The notes beneath the pieces are model-generated. The model did not search any database and was not told the DNA's origin. It worked only from the letters and a program-made list of their open reading frames with translations. From NCBI GenBank assembly GCA_963843505.1, contig CAWJKR010000008.1, positions 465,922 through 529,921 on the forward strand: DNA of 64,000 nt, read 5' to 3'. The stretch comes from Candidatus Aminicenantes bacterium (GTDB lineage Bacteria > Acidobacteriota > Aminicenantia > Aminicenantales > Saccharicenantaceae). Of the stretch, positions 1-10,334 are shown piece by piece. Positions within the stretch are counted from its first letter, which is position 1. Every line of letters starts with the position of its first letter. The position numbers were made by a program, and so were the translations under genes.

Positions 1-109
1 TCGTCGTCGTCGGCGGCCTGGTCACGTCCACGATCCTGACGCTCTTGGTGCTGCCCGTTCTCTATAGCTGGCTCGGCGGCGGGAAGCGAGCGCCCAGCAA
101 CAGCTAAAG
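1..109 (+). CDS. C-terminal fragment of an RND efflux permease (AcrB/CzcA-like); the 5' part lies outside the window.
   Basis: Frame-1 translation ...VVGGLVTSTILTLLVLPVLYSWLGGGKRAPSNS* ends at TAA 107-109. This is the typical last TM helix and tail of the HAE1/HME RND family. Confidence 0.5.
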
Positions 110-114
110 AAGAT

Positions 115-205
115 GGGGTCAAACCTATACCTTTTTAATTTTCGAGGCTAGCCGTACCGGGGGCTGCTCGAAAATTAAAAAGGTATAGGTTTGACCCCGT
201 CTTAT
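115..205. repeat. Palindromic hairpin element, copy 1: about 30-bp perfect inverted arms (ggggtcaaacctatacctttttaattttcg / cgaaaattaaaaaggtataggtttgacccc) around a 25-nt GC-rich loop, followed by the tail gtcttat.
   Basis: Read directly from the sequence. It lies between the RND stop (109) and the permease start (228). A second copy is at 55063-55143. Confidence 0.7.
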
Positions 206-227
206 CCCTATGTTATAAATCGCCCTC

Positions 228-1679
228 ATGAAGAGCGTCCTGTTCGCCACGAAGAGCCTCGAGCAGCTGACGCAGGAGGCCTCGTCGGAGTCCTCCGGTC
301 TCAAGCGCGTCCTCGGCCCCTGGCACCTCATCTTCCTCGGCGTCGGGGCCATCGTCGGGGCCGGCATCTTCGTCATGACCGGCCACGTCGCCGCCCAGTA
401 CGCCGGGCCCGCCGTCACGCTGTCCATCGTCCTCGCCGGGGTCACGTGCGCCTTCGCCGGGCTCTGCTACGCCGAGTTCGCCTCGCTCATCCCCATCGCC
501 GGCAGCGCCTACACCTACGCCTATTCGACCCTCGGCGAGATCTTCGCCTGGATCATCGGCTGGGACCTCATCCTGGAATACTCGGTCGGCGCGACGACCG
601 TGGCCATCGGCTGGTCCGGCTACGTCGTCAGCTTCCTCAAGGGCGTCGGGATCAATTTCCCGGCCGCCCTGGCCGACGCGCCCTACGCCTTCGATCCCAA
701 GTCCGGCGCGTGGACGCGGACGGGCTCGTTCATCAACCTCCCGGCCCTCCTGATCATCGCCCTCATCACCATCGTCCTCGTCCGGGGCATCCGCGAGTCG
801 GCCTCGGTCAACTCCGTCATCGTCTTCCTGAAGATCAGCATCATCCTCGTCTTTGTCGGCGCGGGCATCTTCTTCATCAAACCGGAGCTGTGGCATCCCT
901 TCATCCCCGCCAACCAGGGGCAATCCGGCTTCTTCGGCTGGAGCGGGATCCTCCGCGGGGCCGGGGTGATGTTCTTCGCCTACCTCGGCTTCGACGCCGT
1001 CTCGACCGCCGCCCAGGAGGCCAAGAACCCCAAGCGGGACATGCCCATCGGCATCCTCGGATCGCTCTTCGCCTGCACGGCCATCTACATCGTCTTCTCC
1101 CTCGTCCTCACGGGCGTCGTCCCCTACAACGAGCTCAACGTCACCGCCCCCGTGGCCGTGGCCATCGACGCCATGCGGCTCTTCTGGCTCTCGCCCCTCA
1201 TCAAGATCGCCGCCATCGTCGGGCTCATGTCGGTCATGATGGTCCAGCTCATGGGCCAGCCGCGGATCTTCTACACCATGGCCAAGGACGGGCTCCTGCC
1301 GCCGGCCGCGGCCAAGATCCACCCCAAGTACGGCACGCCCCACGTCACCACGATGATCACCGGCATTCTCGTCGGCGTCGCCGCCGCGCTCCTGCCCATG
1401 GGCATCGTCGGCGAGCTCGTCAGCATCGGGACGCTCTTCGCCTTCGCCATCGTCTGCGGCGGCGTCCTCGTCCTCCGCTACACCCGGCCCGACATCCCGC
1501 GGCCGTTCCGGACGCCCCTCGTCCCGTTCGTCCCGCTTCTCGGCATCTTTTCCTGCGTCTACCTGATGACCTTCCTGTCCAAGGACACCTGGATCCGCCT
1601 CATCGTCTGGATGGCGATCGGGCTGGTCATCTACTTCACCTACGGCATCCGCAAGAGCAAGCTCAGGAGAAGGCCATGA
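228..1679 (+). CDS. APC-superfamily amino acid permease (cationic amino acid transporter-like).
   Basis: Intact 483-aa ORF with about 12 TM segments. N-terminal [11 protein letters not shown] and LCYAEF...GSAYTY motifs are characteristic of APC/CAT-family permeases. Confidence 0.85.
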   Translation: MKSVLFATKSLEQLTQEASSESSGLKRVLGPWHLIFLGVGAIVGAGIFVMTGHVAAQYAGPAVTLSIVLAGVTCAFAGLCYAEFASLIPIAGSAYTYAYSTLGEIFAWIIGWDLILEYSVGATTVAIGWSGYVVSFLKGVGINFPAALADAPYAFDPKSGAWTRTGSFINLPALLIIALITIVLVRGIRESASVNSVIVFLKISIILVFVGAGIFFIKPELWHPFIPANQGQSGFFGWSGILRGAGVMFFAYLGFDAVSTAAQEAKNPKRDMPIGILGSLFACTAIYIVFSLVLTGVVPYNELNVTAPVAVAIDAMRLFWLSPLIKIAAIVGLMSVMMVQLMGQPRIFYTMAKDGLLPPAAAKIHPKYGTPHVTTMITGILVGVAAALLPMGIVGELVSIGTLFAFAIVCGGVLVLRYTRPDIPRPFRTPLVPFVPLLGIFSCVYLMTFLSKDTWIRLIVWMAIGLVIYFTYGIRKSKLRRRP

Positions 1680-1745
1680 ACGTCCCCGCCGCTCCCCCCG
1701 CCGCCGCCGCCGTCGAGGCCGGGGCCCACGCACTTCAAGCGCGAG

Positions 1746-3173
1746 ATGTCCCTCTTCGACGCCATGATGATCGTCATGGGCGCCATGATCGGCTCGGGCA
1801 TCTTCATCGTCAGCGCCGACATCGCCCGCACGGTCGGCTCGCCCGGCCTCCTGCTCCTCGTCTGGCTCATCACCGGCATCGTCACGATCATCGGCGCCTT
1901 GAGCTACGGCGAGCTGGCCGGGATGATGCCCCACGCCGGCGGCCTCTACGTCTACCTGCGCGAGGCCTACGGCCCGCTCATCGGCTTCCTCTACGGTTGG
2001 ACGACCTTTCTCGTCATCCAGACCGGGACCATCGCCGCGGTGGGCGTCGCCTTCGCCAAGTTCACGGGCCTGCTCGTCCCCTGGTTCAGCGAGAAGCACG
2101 TCCTGGCGAACGCCCTGGGCCTGAAGGTCTCGGCCGCCCAGCTCCTGGCCATCGTCAGCATCATCGTCCTGACCTGGCTCAACATGCGCGGCCTGCGCAC
2201 CGGCAAGACCATCCAGGGGATCTTCACGGTGACCAAGACGGTCGCGCTCGGCGGCCTCATCCTGCTCGGCTTCGTCGTCGGGGCCAACGCCGCGGCCATC
2301 AAGGCCAATCTGGCCGGCCTCTGGAAGGCCTCCTGGACCCATATGGCGGCCGGCCAGATCGTCTCGGTCGAGCCGCTGACGGGCCTCATGCTCCTGGCGG
2401 CCATCGGCGCGGCCATGGTCGGGTCGCTCTTCGCCTCGGACGAATGGTACACCGTGACCTACATCGCCGGCGAGGTCAAGAACCCCCGCAAGAACATCCC
2501 CCTGAGCCTCGTCCTCGGGGCGGGGATCGTCATCCTGCTCTACTTCCTGGCCAACGTCGCCTACGTCGTCACCCTGCCGGTCCTCGGCAGCCCGGACGCG
2601 GCCGACGTCATGGGCCGGGGCATCCAGTTCGCCCAGTCCGACCGCGTCGGCACCGCGGCCGCCGAGATGATCTTCGGCGGCCCGGCGGCCCTCATCATGG
2701 CCGTGCTGATCATGATCTCCACGTTCGGCTGCAACAACGGCCTCATCCTCTCGGGCGCCCGCGTCTACTACGCCATGGCCAGGGACGGCCTGTTCTTCAA
2801 GTCCACGGGCACCCTGAACCGGAAGTCGGTCCCGGGCACGGCCCTCGTCGTCCAATGCGTCTGGGCCTGCCTGCTCTGCCTCTCCGGCACCTACAGCGAC
2901 CTTCTGGACTACGTCGTCTTCGCCGTGCTGATCTTCTTCGTCCTGATCGTCTCCGGGATCTTCATCCTCAGGAAGAAGCACCCCGACTGGGAGAGGCCGT
3001 ACAAGGCCTGGGGCTATCCCGTCGTGCCCGCCCTCTATGTCCTGGTCGCGGCGGCCATCGCCGTCGACCTGCTCGTCTTCAAGACGAAGTACACATTCCC
3101 CGGCCTGCTCATCGTCCTGATGGGCATCCCGGTCTATCTCATCCGCAAGCGTTTCGCCCGGACGCGGGCCTAG
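1746..3173 (+). CDS. APC-superfamily amino acid permease (LAT/SteT-like exchanger family).
   Basis: Intact 475-aa ORF. MIVMGAMIGSGIFIVSADIA...GGLYVYLREAYGPLIGFLYGW is typical of the L-type amino acid transporter branch. Second permease in tandem. Confidence 0.85.
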   Translation: MSLFDAMMIVMGAMIGSGIFIVSADIARTVGSPGLLLLVWLITGIVTIIGALSYGELAGMMPHAGGLYVYLREAYGPLIGFLYGWTTFLVIQTGTIAAVGVAFAKFTGLLVPWFSEKHVLANALGLKVSAAQLLAIVSIIVLTWLNMRGLRTGKTIQGIFTVTKTVALGGLILLGFVVGANAAAIKANLAGLWKASWTHMAAGQIVSVEPLTGLMLLAAIGAAMVGSLFASDEWYTVTYIAGEVKNPRKNIPLSLVLGAGIVILLYFLANVAYVVTLPVLGSPDAADVMGRGIQFAQSDRVGTAAAEMIFGGPAALIMAVLIMISTFGCNNGLILSGARVYYAMARDGLFFKSTGTLNRKSVPGTALVVQCVWACLLCLSGTYSDLLDYVVFAVLIFFVLIVSGIFILRKKHPDWERPYKAWGYPVVPALYVLVAAAIAVDLLVFKTKYTFPGLLIVLMGIPVYLIRKRFARTRA

Positions 3174-3175
3174 GC

Positions 3176-3367
3176 CTATTTCTTCCGCTCGGCGGCGAGA
3201 ACGCCGCCGATCATGTATTCCCGGGGCGTGAACTCCTGGACCCAGACGCGGATCGATTCGAGCGGGGCCCCGATCGAATCGTGCACGGCCGCGGTGACCG
3301 CGGTGAGCAGGGCCTTCTTCTGTTCGTCCGTCCGGCCTTCGAGCATGTGGATCTCGACGAGTGGCAT
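3176..3367 (-). CDS. 4-oxalocrotonate tautomerase family enzyme (63 aa).
   Basis: MPLVEIHMLEGRTDEQKKALLTAVTAAVHDSIGAPLESIRVWVQEFTPREYMIGG: Pro-1 after Met, and a length and motif typical of the 4-OT/tautomerase superfamily. Start chosen at the internal Met of the listed 84-aa ORF. Confidence 0.75.
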   Translation of the reverse strand: MPLVEIHMLEGRTDEQKKALLTAVTAAVHDSIGAPLESIRVWVQEFTPREYMIGGVLAAERKK

Positions 3368-3432
3368 GGCCGACTCCTTCTGTTTGACTTTGCGGAGGCC
3401 TTCTGATAATACCATAGAAAAGACGGACACCC

Positions 3433-3780
3433 ATGATCATCAAGACCCGCGAGATCGATAACATCGTCGTCTTCGACGTCGAGGGCGAGATCCGCCGCAC
3501 CGACACGGCCCAGGAGACCCTCCACAGCCTGGTCGAAGCCCAGCTCGACCGGGGCCGGAGGAACGTCCTGCTCAACCTCGGCGGCGTGGAGTTCATCGAC
3601 AGCTTCGGCGTGGGCCAGATCCTGGCCAGCTACATCTCGACCCAGAACCTCGGCGGCCGGCTCAAGCTCTGCCAGATCTCCCACAAGCTCCTCCTCATCT
3701 TCCAGATCACCATGCTGACCAAGGTCCTCGAGATCCACGAGGATTGCGACCGGGCCTTGGAGAGCTTCAGGAAGGCCTGA
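3433..3780 (+). CDS. STAS-domain anti-sigma-factor antagonist (SpoIIAA/RsbV-like).
   Basis: 115 aa. ...NVLLNLGGVEFIDSFGVGQILASY... is the STAS fold signature (conserved phosphorylatable Ser region DSFGVG). Confidence 0.8.
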   Translation: MIIKTREIDNIVVFDVEGEIRRTDTAQETLHSLVEAQLDRGRRNVLLNLGGVEFIDSFGVGQILASYISTQNLGGRLKLCQISHKLLLIFQITMLTKVLEIHEDCDRALESFRKA

Positions 3781-3808
3781 CCTTCCGGGGGCCTGAGGGG
3801 GGAGGGGA

Positions 3809-6365
3809 GTGCCCGACGGGCGGCTCGAAAGGATCCTGAGAGGCTTCGGGGACGTCCGCGGCCGCGAGGCCCGCGCCGCCCTGTCCCTGTCCGCGTACTT
3901 CTTCCTGATCACTTTCACCTTCTACATCATCAAGCCGGTCAAGGAGAGCTTCCTGATCGGCACCGCCCCGACCTGGTGGCCTTTCGCCGAGCTGGCCACG
4001 GCCCTGCTCATCGGCTTCGTCGTCGCCCTCAACGCCCGGCTCCTCGACCGCCTGCCCCGGCGGACCTACCTGACGGCCTCGCTCCTGTTCTTCATCGCCA
4101 GCCTCCTCGCCTTCTGGTTCGTCTTCGACGTCCACCAGAAGAGCCTGGTCATGACGCCCGTGGCCGACGCGTCCGGCATCTTCTTCTTCCTCTGGGCCCA
4201 GGTCATCATCCTGAACTCCTGGAACGTCGTCGTCATCGTCTTCTGCTTCTGGGCCGACATCTTCATCGCCCTGTCCGTGACCCAGTTCTGGATCTCCGTC
4301 AACGACATCTTCGACCCGCACCAGGCCAAGCGGCTGGTCGGGCTCTTCGTCGCCGGGGGCCTTTTCGGCGGCATCGCCGGCTCCGGCGCCGCCGCGCTGG
4401 TCACCTTCGCGCGCGTCATCCACGCCGAGGACCTTCTTCTCGTCTGCCCCGTCCTGCTCGTCCTGGCCCTCGTCGTCATCAACGTCGTCTACGCCGAGCA
4501 GCGCAAGATCGACGCCGCGGTCGGCGACGAGCGCATCGCGCGGGGCTCCAAAGTCGGGTATCTCGAGAGCTTCCGGACCGTCCGGCGGGACCGCTACCTC
4601 CGCCTGCTGGCGGCGATGCTGGCCTCGGCCATGGTCGCCGGCTCCCTCATCAACTACCAGTTCAAGACGGTCGTCAAGAGCATCGTCACCAACGATCAGC
4701 AGAGGACGGCGGCCATCGCCGGGTTCTTCCTGATCATCCTGGTCGTTTCGACGGTCTTCCACCTCCTCACGACCGGCCGCGTCCTCAGGACCTACGGCAT
4801 CCGCTGGGCCATCCTCGTCGCGCCGGCCCTGCTGCTGCTGGGATCGGCGGCGGTCTTCCTGATCCCCGCCGGGGCGATGCTCGCCTGGGCCTGTTTCGTC
4901 CGCGGCGGCGACAAGACCTTCGACAACACGCTCAGCCAGTCCGTCCGCGAGCTGCTGTATATCCCCGTGTCCGCGGACGTCAAATACCGGGCCAAGCTCT
5001 TCATCGACATGTTCGTCAGCAAGTTCGCCACGGGCCTCGGCGCCGCGCTCTTCCTTCTCCTCTACTCCACCCGGCAGTTCGCCTACCGCACCGACCAGCC
5101 GCTGGCCGTCGTCCGCGAGATCGGCCTCGCCGTCCTCGTCTTCCTGGCCCTCTGGCTTGTCCTGACCCGGCTCGTCTACCGGGAGTACCCGGCGGTCCTG
5201 AAGAAGGACCTCGGCCGGCTCTGGGTCCCCGGCCAGGACGTCGTCGACAAGCACATCGACGAGAAGCTCGTCCGCGAGGTCTTCGAGGCCATCCAGAGCC
5301 GCGAGCGCAGCACGACGCTCTACTACATGAACCTCTTCAACCTCGTCCGGTCGAACAACCTGACCCCCGAGCTCAAGGAGCTCCTGGGCATCAAGCGGGA
5401 CGAGATCAAGGCCCGGGCCATGGACGCCCTGTTCGACGTCGGCGGCGAGGCCTTCTTCCCCGGCCTCGACGAGGCCATCACCGACACGGAGTTCCAGAAG
5501 GAGATCGACCTCATCTTCCTGCTGCCCTCCTACCAGAAGATCATGGACGACCGCCTCGGCGGGATCGTCGGCCTCGCCCGTCCGAGGTCGACCGGATCGA
5601 GGCGGCCAACAGCATCTGCCGGATGGCGCCGAGCCCCTCGACGATCGAGGCCCTGAGCCCGCCTCCTCCAGGACCCCTCGCCCGACGTCGTCCTCTACGC
5701 CCTGAACAGCGCCTCCGTCCACCGGCGCCGCGAGCACCTGCCGCTCATCGTGAGGCAGCTGGCCAATCCCCGGACGGTCGCCGAGGCCCAGACGGCGCTG
5801 GCCGCCTACGGGCCCGATGTCCTCGGGCTTCATCGCCCCGGTCCTCCGCTCGGCCGACGAGCCCCTGGAGGTCCGCCGGGCCATCCCGGACGTTCTGGCC
5901 CGGATCGGCACCCAGAAGGCCGCCGACATCCTCGTCGCCGAGCTGGCCCGCCGCCGCGACGACATGGAGCAGCCGCTCGTCGACGCCCTCTACAAGCTCC
6001 GCGCCGCCCGGCCCGAGGTCCGCTTCCGGAGAAGGACGTCCGGCCGGAGCTCCTCCATCCTGATCCGTCAGGGCCTGCGACCTCGTCACGGACCCGCCCG
6101 GCTCCCCGGACGCGGCCAAGGCGCAGCTGGACGATCCGCGATCCGGCGCGTCTTCGACCTCCTGACGCTCCTCTATCCGCGCGAGGAGATCGTCAACGAC
6201 TACCAGAACATCCTCCAGGGGACCGCCAAGTCCGTCGACTATTCCCTCGAGCACCTCGACAACCTCCTCGACCGGGAGGTCAAGGAGCTCCTTTTCCCGC
6301 TCATCGAGGACCTGCCGGCCGACGAACGGTGCCTGCGCCTGAAAAAGGCGCTGAGGTTGAAATGA
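3809..6365 (+). CDS. TLC/NTT-family nucleotide (ATP:ADP) transporter with a C-terminal HEAT/PBS-lyase-like repeat extension; CDS read across at least 3 apparent frameshifts.
   Basis: N-terminus YIIKPVKESFLIGTAP..., multi-TM body with FWISVNDIF, matching the TLC ATP/ADP translocase pattern. After about 5570 the translation continues sensibly in other frames (SEVDRIEAANSICRMAPSPSTIEAL; LLQDPSPDVVLYALNSASV...; DVLARIGTQKAADILVAELARRRDD...LKKALRLK*), which are HEAT-like repeats. GTG start at 3809 preceded by GAGGGGGGAGGGG. Confidence 0.55.
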
Positions 6366-6403
6366 CGGGCCGCGTCATTTAGAATGAAGAGGAAGGGCGA
6401 GCC

Positions 6404-8088
6404 ATGGCCAACCTGTACATCTACCCGAAGACCGGAGAGCCCTCGACCTTCCCCCTGGGCCCGCGCCGCGTGACGATCGGCCGGTCGGCCGCGAACGACA
6501 TCGTCCTCTCCGACCAGTTCAGCTCGGGCTGCCACGCCGTCGTCGTCCCGACCGAGCGGGGCTACGCCCTGGTCGACCAGGGCAGCAAGAACGGGACCTT
6601 CGTCAACGGCCGCCGCGTCAGCGGCGAGATCGATCTCGCCCGCGGCGACGAGATCCTCATCGGCTCGACCCGCTTCTACTTCGACAAGGACTTCCAGCCC
6701 TCCGTCGAGACCGTCGAGGGCACGACCTTCACCCACAGCTCGAACACGATCATCCAGGTCAAGGACCTCCTCAAGAAGCCGCGGCCGGCCAGCGCGCCTC
6801 GTGAAGACCCCGGGCGGCGGGCTCGACCTCGAGCGCTTCCAGCAGGACCAGAAGATCATCGCCGGTCGTGGGCGAGGTCAGCCAGGCCCTCATCTATCAC
6901 ATGCCCCTCGACAAGCTCCTCGACCACATCATGGACGTCCTCATCCAGCACCTGCCCATGGACCGGGGCGTCCTCATGCTCAAGAACGAGGAGACCCAGG
7001 CCCTCGAGCCCAAGGTCGTCCGGGTCCAGAACGGCGCCCTGCGGACCCAGAGCATCTTCGTCAGCCAGACGATCGTCAAGACGGCCCTGGAGCGCAACTC
7101 GGCCATCCTCATCTCCGACATCCAGGCCGACGAGGGCCTGCGGGCCCAGATGAGCGTCGTCCAGGCCCAGATCCACTCGGCCATGTGCGTGCCGCTCTGG
7201 AACAACCAGGACATCATCGGCCTGATCTACTGCGACCGGGCCTCGCTCATCGAGCAGTTCACGGAGGACGACCTGCGCCTCCTGACGCTTCTCGCCAACC
7301 TGGCCGCCGTGAAGATCGAGAACGCCCGCCTCATCGACGAGTCCATCAAGGCCCTCCAGTACGAGCGGGAGATCGCCCTGGCCGTCCAGATCCAGAAGAA
7401 CTTCCTGCCCCGGGACGAGCCGGACTTCGCGCCCTACGAGATCAGCGGCAGCGCCCGGGCCTGCCGCCGCGTCGGCGGCGACTATTACGATTACATCGCC
7501 ATCGACAAGGACCGCCTGGCCGTCGTCATCGCCGACGTCTCGGGCGTCGGCGTCAGCGCCTCCCTGCTCATGGCCTCGCTGCGCGGGGCCCTCCACGAGA
7601 AATTCCCCGGGACCGTCGATCTCGGCGAGCTGGCCGCCAAGCTCAACGATTTCGTCTACGCGAGCTCGGACAGCCACCTCTTCATCTCGTTCTTCCTGGC
7701 CATCCTCGACCGGGCGCAGGGACGAGGTCTCCTTCATCAACGCCGGCCACAACCCGCCGCTCCTCCTGGGGCGCAAGGGGCCGGCCCGTCTCCTCGAGAG
7801 CACCGGGCCCTGCCTGGGGATGTTCCCGGCCCAGGCCTTCGCCGAGCAGACCGTCGCCCTCGGCGCCGGCGACATCCTCTGCCTTTACACCGACGGGATC
7901 GTCGAGAGCCGGAAGGGCGAGCACGACGAGTACGGGGTCGAGCGCCTGGCGGAGAAGGCTCAGGGAGCTCGGCCGGCCTGCCGGCCGCGGAGGTCCGGGA
8001 CAAGATCTTCGAGGACGTCCTCGCCTTCAGCGGCTGCGCCGAAGCGGGCGACGACATGACGCTCGTCGTCGTCAAGCGGAACCCGTGA
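6404..8088 (+). CDS. FHA-GAF-PP2C (SpoIIE/RsbU-type) serine phosphatase; 4 or more apparent frameshifts.
   Basis: N-terminal FHA: RVTIGRSAANDIVLSDQFSSGCHAVV...ALVDQGSKNGTFVNGRRV...GDEILIGSTRFYF. Middle GAF: MDRGVLMLKNEET...CVPLWNNQDIIGLIYCD. C-terminal PPM/SpoIIE: GGDYYDYIAIDKDRLAVVIADVSGVGVSASLLMA...ILCLYTDGIVESR...MTLVVVKRNP*. Segments lie in frames 2, 0, 1, 2, 1. Confidence 0.75.
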
Positions 8089-8531
8089 AGAACGCGGACG
8101 TGAGGCGCACCGGGACCGGCGAGGACGCCGCGGAGCTCCGCGTTTCCGCCGACCTCAAGGCCATCGACCGCGTCCGCGGCTTCCTCAGGGAGGCCATCGC
8201 CGACCTGCCCTTCGATGAGCAGGACCGGCTCAAGATCGAGCTGGCCCTTCACGAGATCTGCGTCAACATCGCCCGCTATGCCTATCCCCGCGGACGCAAG
8301 GGCGAGATGACCGTGCGCATCTGGCGGGACGGCGGTTCGCTGTTCATCGAGGTCCGGGACAAGGGCATCCCCTTCAATCCCGTCCGGAAGAAGAACCCCG
8401 ACCTCATGGTCAAGCTCCGGCGCGGCGTCCCCGGCGGGCTGGGCGTCTACTTTTTCAAGACGCTGATGGACGGCCTGTCCTACCGGCGGACGGGCGGACA
8501 GAACATCCTGACCGTCCGCAAGTCCCTCTGA
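8085..8531 (+). CDS. RsbW/SpoIIAB-like anti-sigma-factor serine kinase (HATPase_c).
   Basis: GTG start overlaps the phosphatase stop (GTGA). ...LHEICVNIARYAYPRGRKGEMTVRIW...IEVRDKGIPFNP...GGLGVYFFKTLMDGLSY... is the GHKL ATPase fold of partner-switching kinases. Confidence 0.7.
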   Translation: MKNADVRRTGTGEDAAELRVSADLKAIDRVRGFLREAIADLPFDEQDRLKIELALHEICVNIARYAYPRGRKGEMTVRIWRDGGSLFIEVRDKGIPFNPVRKKNPDLMVKLRRGVPGGLGVYFFKTLMDGLSYRRTGGQNILTVRKSL

Positions 8532-9437
8532 TCAGTAGAAGACCTTGTCTTCCCCGTTGGCCCTGACCAGCCGGTCGATCTCCGCCAGGATGAGGTCCCG
8601 CCGGATGAGGACGGCGCGGATCTCCTCGTCGGTGAGATAGCTCCCGACGACCGACTTGATCGCGGCGAAATCGAGGGACTTGACCTTGTCGACGACCGCC
8701 CGGGGCAGCTCGCTCATGAGCATCGGCCCCGCCGGGCTCTTGGCCGAATAGAGGAGTCCCTTGGTGAACTTGCCCGACGTCCGGAACGACCGGGAATGGT
8801 CGATGAGGATCATCCGCCAGTCGCGCGTGATCAGGATCTGGTTCGAGTGGCGGTCCTCGTTGGCGATGAGGTTGTCGAAGAGCCGCTGCAGATAGGTGGC
8901 CCGGTTCCAGCCGAGGACCTTGATCGGGGGCATCTTGATCCGCTTCTCGTCCCTGTCCCTGAGCGACATGGCAGTCGTCGATCCAGTATTGGCAGGAGCC
9001 GCGGTCGCCGCGAAAACGGCGCTCGACCGTGGGGGGGACCATGCCGAGCCCGAGGTACTTGTCGAGACGGTAGGCGGCGATCTCGTAGTGCCAGCCTTCC
9101 CAGTAGCCGCCCATGCGGCCCTCGGGGTTCTTCCAGAGGCCCCGATGTGTGACGCCGCCGAGCTTGAGCGTCAGGACCCAGGGCGAGGTCACGGCCTCGG
9201 CCCCGCTCAGCTGCTTGCTTCCGACTCGATCACGGCCGCCTTCTCGAGGAATTCCTCCCACTTGCTCGCGCTGGGCCAGCTCGTCGGGAAGGAACTGGAG
9301 CGGGGCGGGGGAGACCGCCGCGGGCGGGCCGGGCGAGGCCTTGTCCGCGGGGGCCCCGGCGTCGACGCAGGCCAGCAGGATCGCGCCGAGAGGCAGGAGG
9401 ACGGCCAGGCCGGTCGATAGGAAGCGCTTGTTCCCTC
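8532..9437 (-). CDS. Lipoprotein with a type II PI4-kinase-like (PI3/PI4K-superfamily) catalytic core, paralog A; one apparent frameshift.
   Basis: Lipobox LAVLLPLGAILLAC. EIAAYRLDKYLGLGMVPPTVER resembles the PI4KII segment ASLVDQKLELNIVPRTKVV. LIANEDRHSNQILITRDWRMILIDHSRSF matches the catalytic loop DRxxxN and the DFG-like IDxxxxF of PI3/PI4 kinases. C-terminal helix ...LTDEEIRAVLIRRDLILAEIDRLV shared with paralogs B and C. Start codon not resolved (no ATG after the upstream stop). Confidence 0.5.
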
Positions 9438-10275
9438 TCAATACAGCACCGCCTCTTCGCCCTGTTCCTCGACCATCCGGGCGATCTCCCGGAGGAGGAT
9501 GTCCCGGCGGGCGAGGACGGCCTTGATCTCCCTGTCGGTGAGCGTCTTCCCGACGGCCTCGCGGATGTTCTCGAAGGTCAGGGTCTTGATCCTGTCGACG
9601 AACCAGCGGGGCAGGCGGCGAAAGAGGAACGGCTCGCCCAGGGCCGACGTCTTGAGGCCGTCGCGGCCGAACATGAGACGCTCCGAGTACTCGCCGCCCG
9701 CACCGGAAGGACCGCGAGTGGTCGAAGACGATCGTCCGCCAGTCCTCGGTATAAAGGATGTTCTGCTGGGTCCGGTCCTCGTTGGCGATGAGGCTGTCCC
9801 AGGCCCGGGTCAGCCATTTCATCTTGTCGGTCCGGTCCTTGGCCTCGTCGGGGATGGGGATGCCCTGCTCGATGACCTTGAGCAGGCTGTACTTGCTCTC
9901 GGCCCAGAGGACCAGGGCGCCCGGCTTGCCCTGGAACTCGCGCTCGACGGCCGGGGGGACCATGTTCGTCCCGAGGAGCTTGTCCATGCCGTAGGCGGCG
10001 ATCTCGTATTGCCAGCCCTCGAGGTGGCCGCCTTGCAGGCCGCGGGGGTTCTTCCAGGCGGCCGCGAGCTCGACCCCGTCCTTGCGGAGATAGAGCTTGA
10101 GCGGTTTCGTCACGCCTTCGCCGATCTCCTCGAAGCGGACGATCTCGGCCGTGCGGAGGAACTCCTCCCGGGCCGGCCTCAGGGCGATCTCATCGGGCCG
10201 GAACTGGGCCCACGAGCCGGGCGGACCGGCCGCCGCGGCCAGGGCCAGGACGAAGAGGACGGCGACGCGTTTCAT
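9438..10275 (-). CDS. Secreted PI4KII-like kinase-fold protein, paralog B; one apparent frameshift.
   Basis: Signal peptide MKRVAVLFVLALAAAAGPPGSWAQ. WQYEIAAYGMDKLLGTNMVPPAVERE; LIANEDRTQQNILYTEDWRTIVFDHSRSF; C-terminus ...LTDREIKAVLARRDILLREIARMV. ATG at 10275 (complement of cat 10273-10275). Confidence 0.5.
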
Positions 10276-10334
10276 GACATCCTCCCCCGACGATGAACGG
10301 ACCGTTCCGATGATAGTCTCACGTCGGGACGATT

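Noticed and set aside
191-3596. Giant overlapping ORFs (191-3406 +, 1071 aa; 213-3596 -, 1127 aa).
   Set aside because: Their translations are Arg/Pro/Gly-rich low-complexity strings of the kind produced by off-frame reading of about 70% GC DNA. They overlap two intact, motif-rich APC permease genes in another frame.
3767-5965. 732-aa minus-strand ORF antisense to the NTT-HEAT gene.
   Set aside because: The translation is repetitive (E/D/G/R-rich) with no domain motifs. The sense strand encodes a clear TLC transporter. Long antisense ORFs of this kind are a GC-content artefact.
5560-6130. Reading the NTT-HEAT C-terminal region as a disrupted pseudogene.
   Set aside because: Each frame segment translates into conserved HEAT-like repeat sequence with high-GC3 codon usage. 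The same indel pattern affects clearly essential genes nearby, so sequencing error is the more economical explanation.
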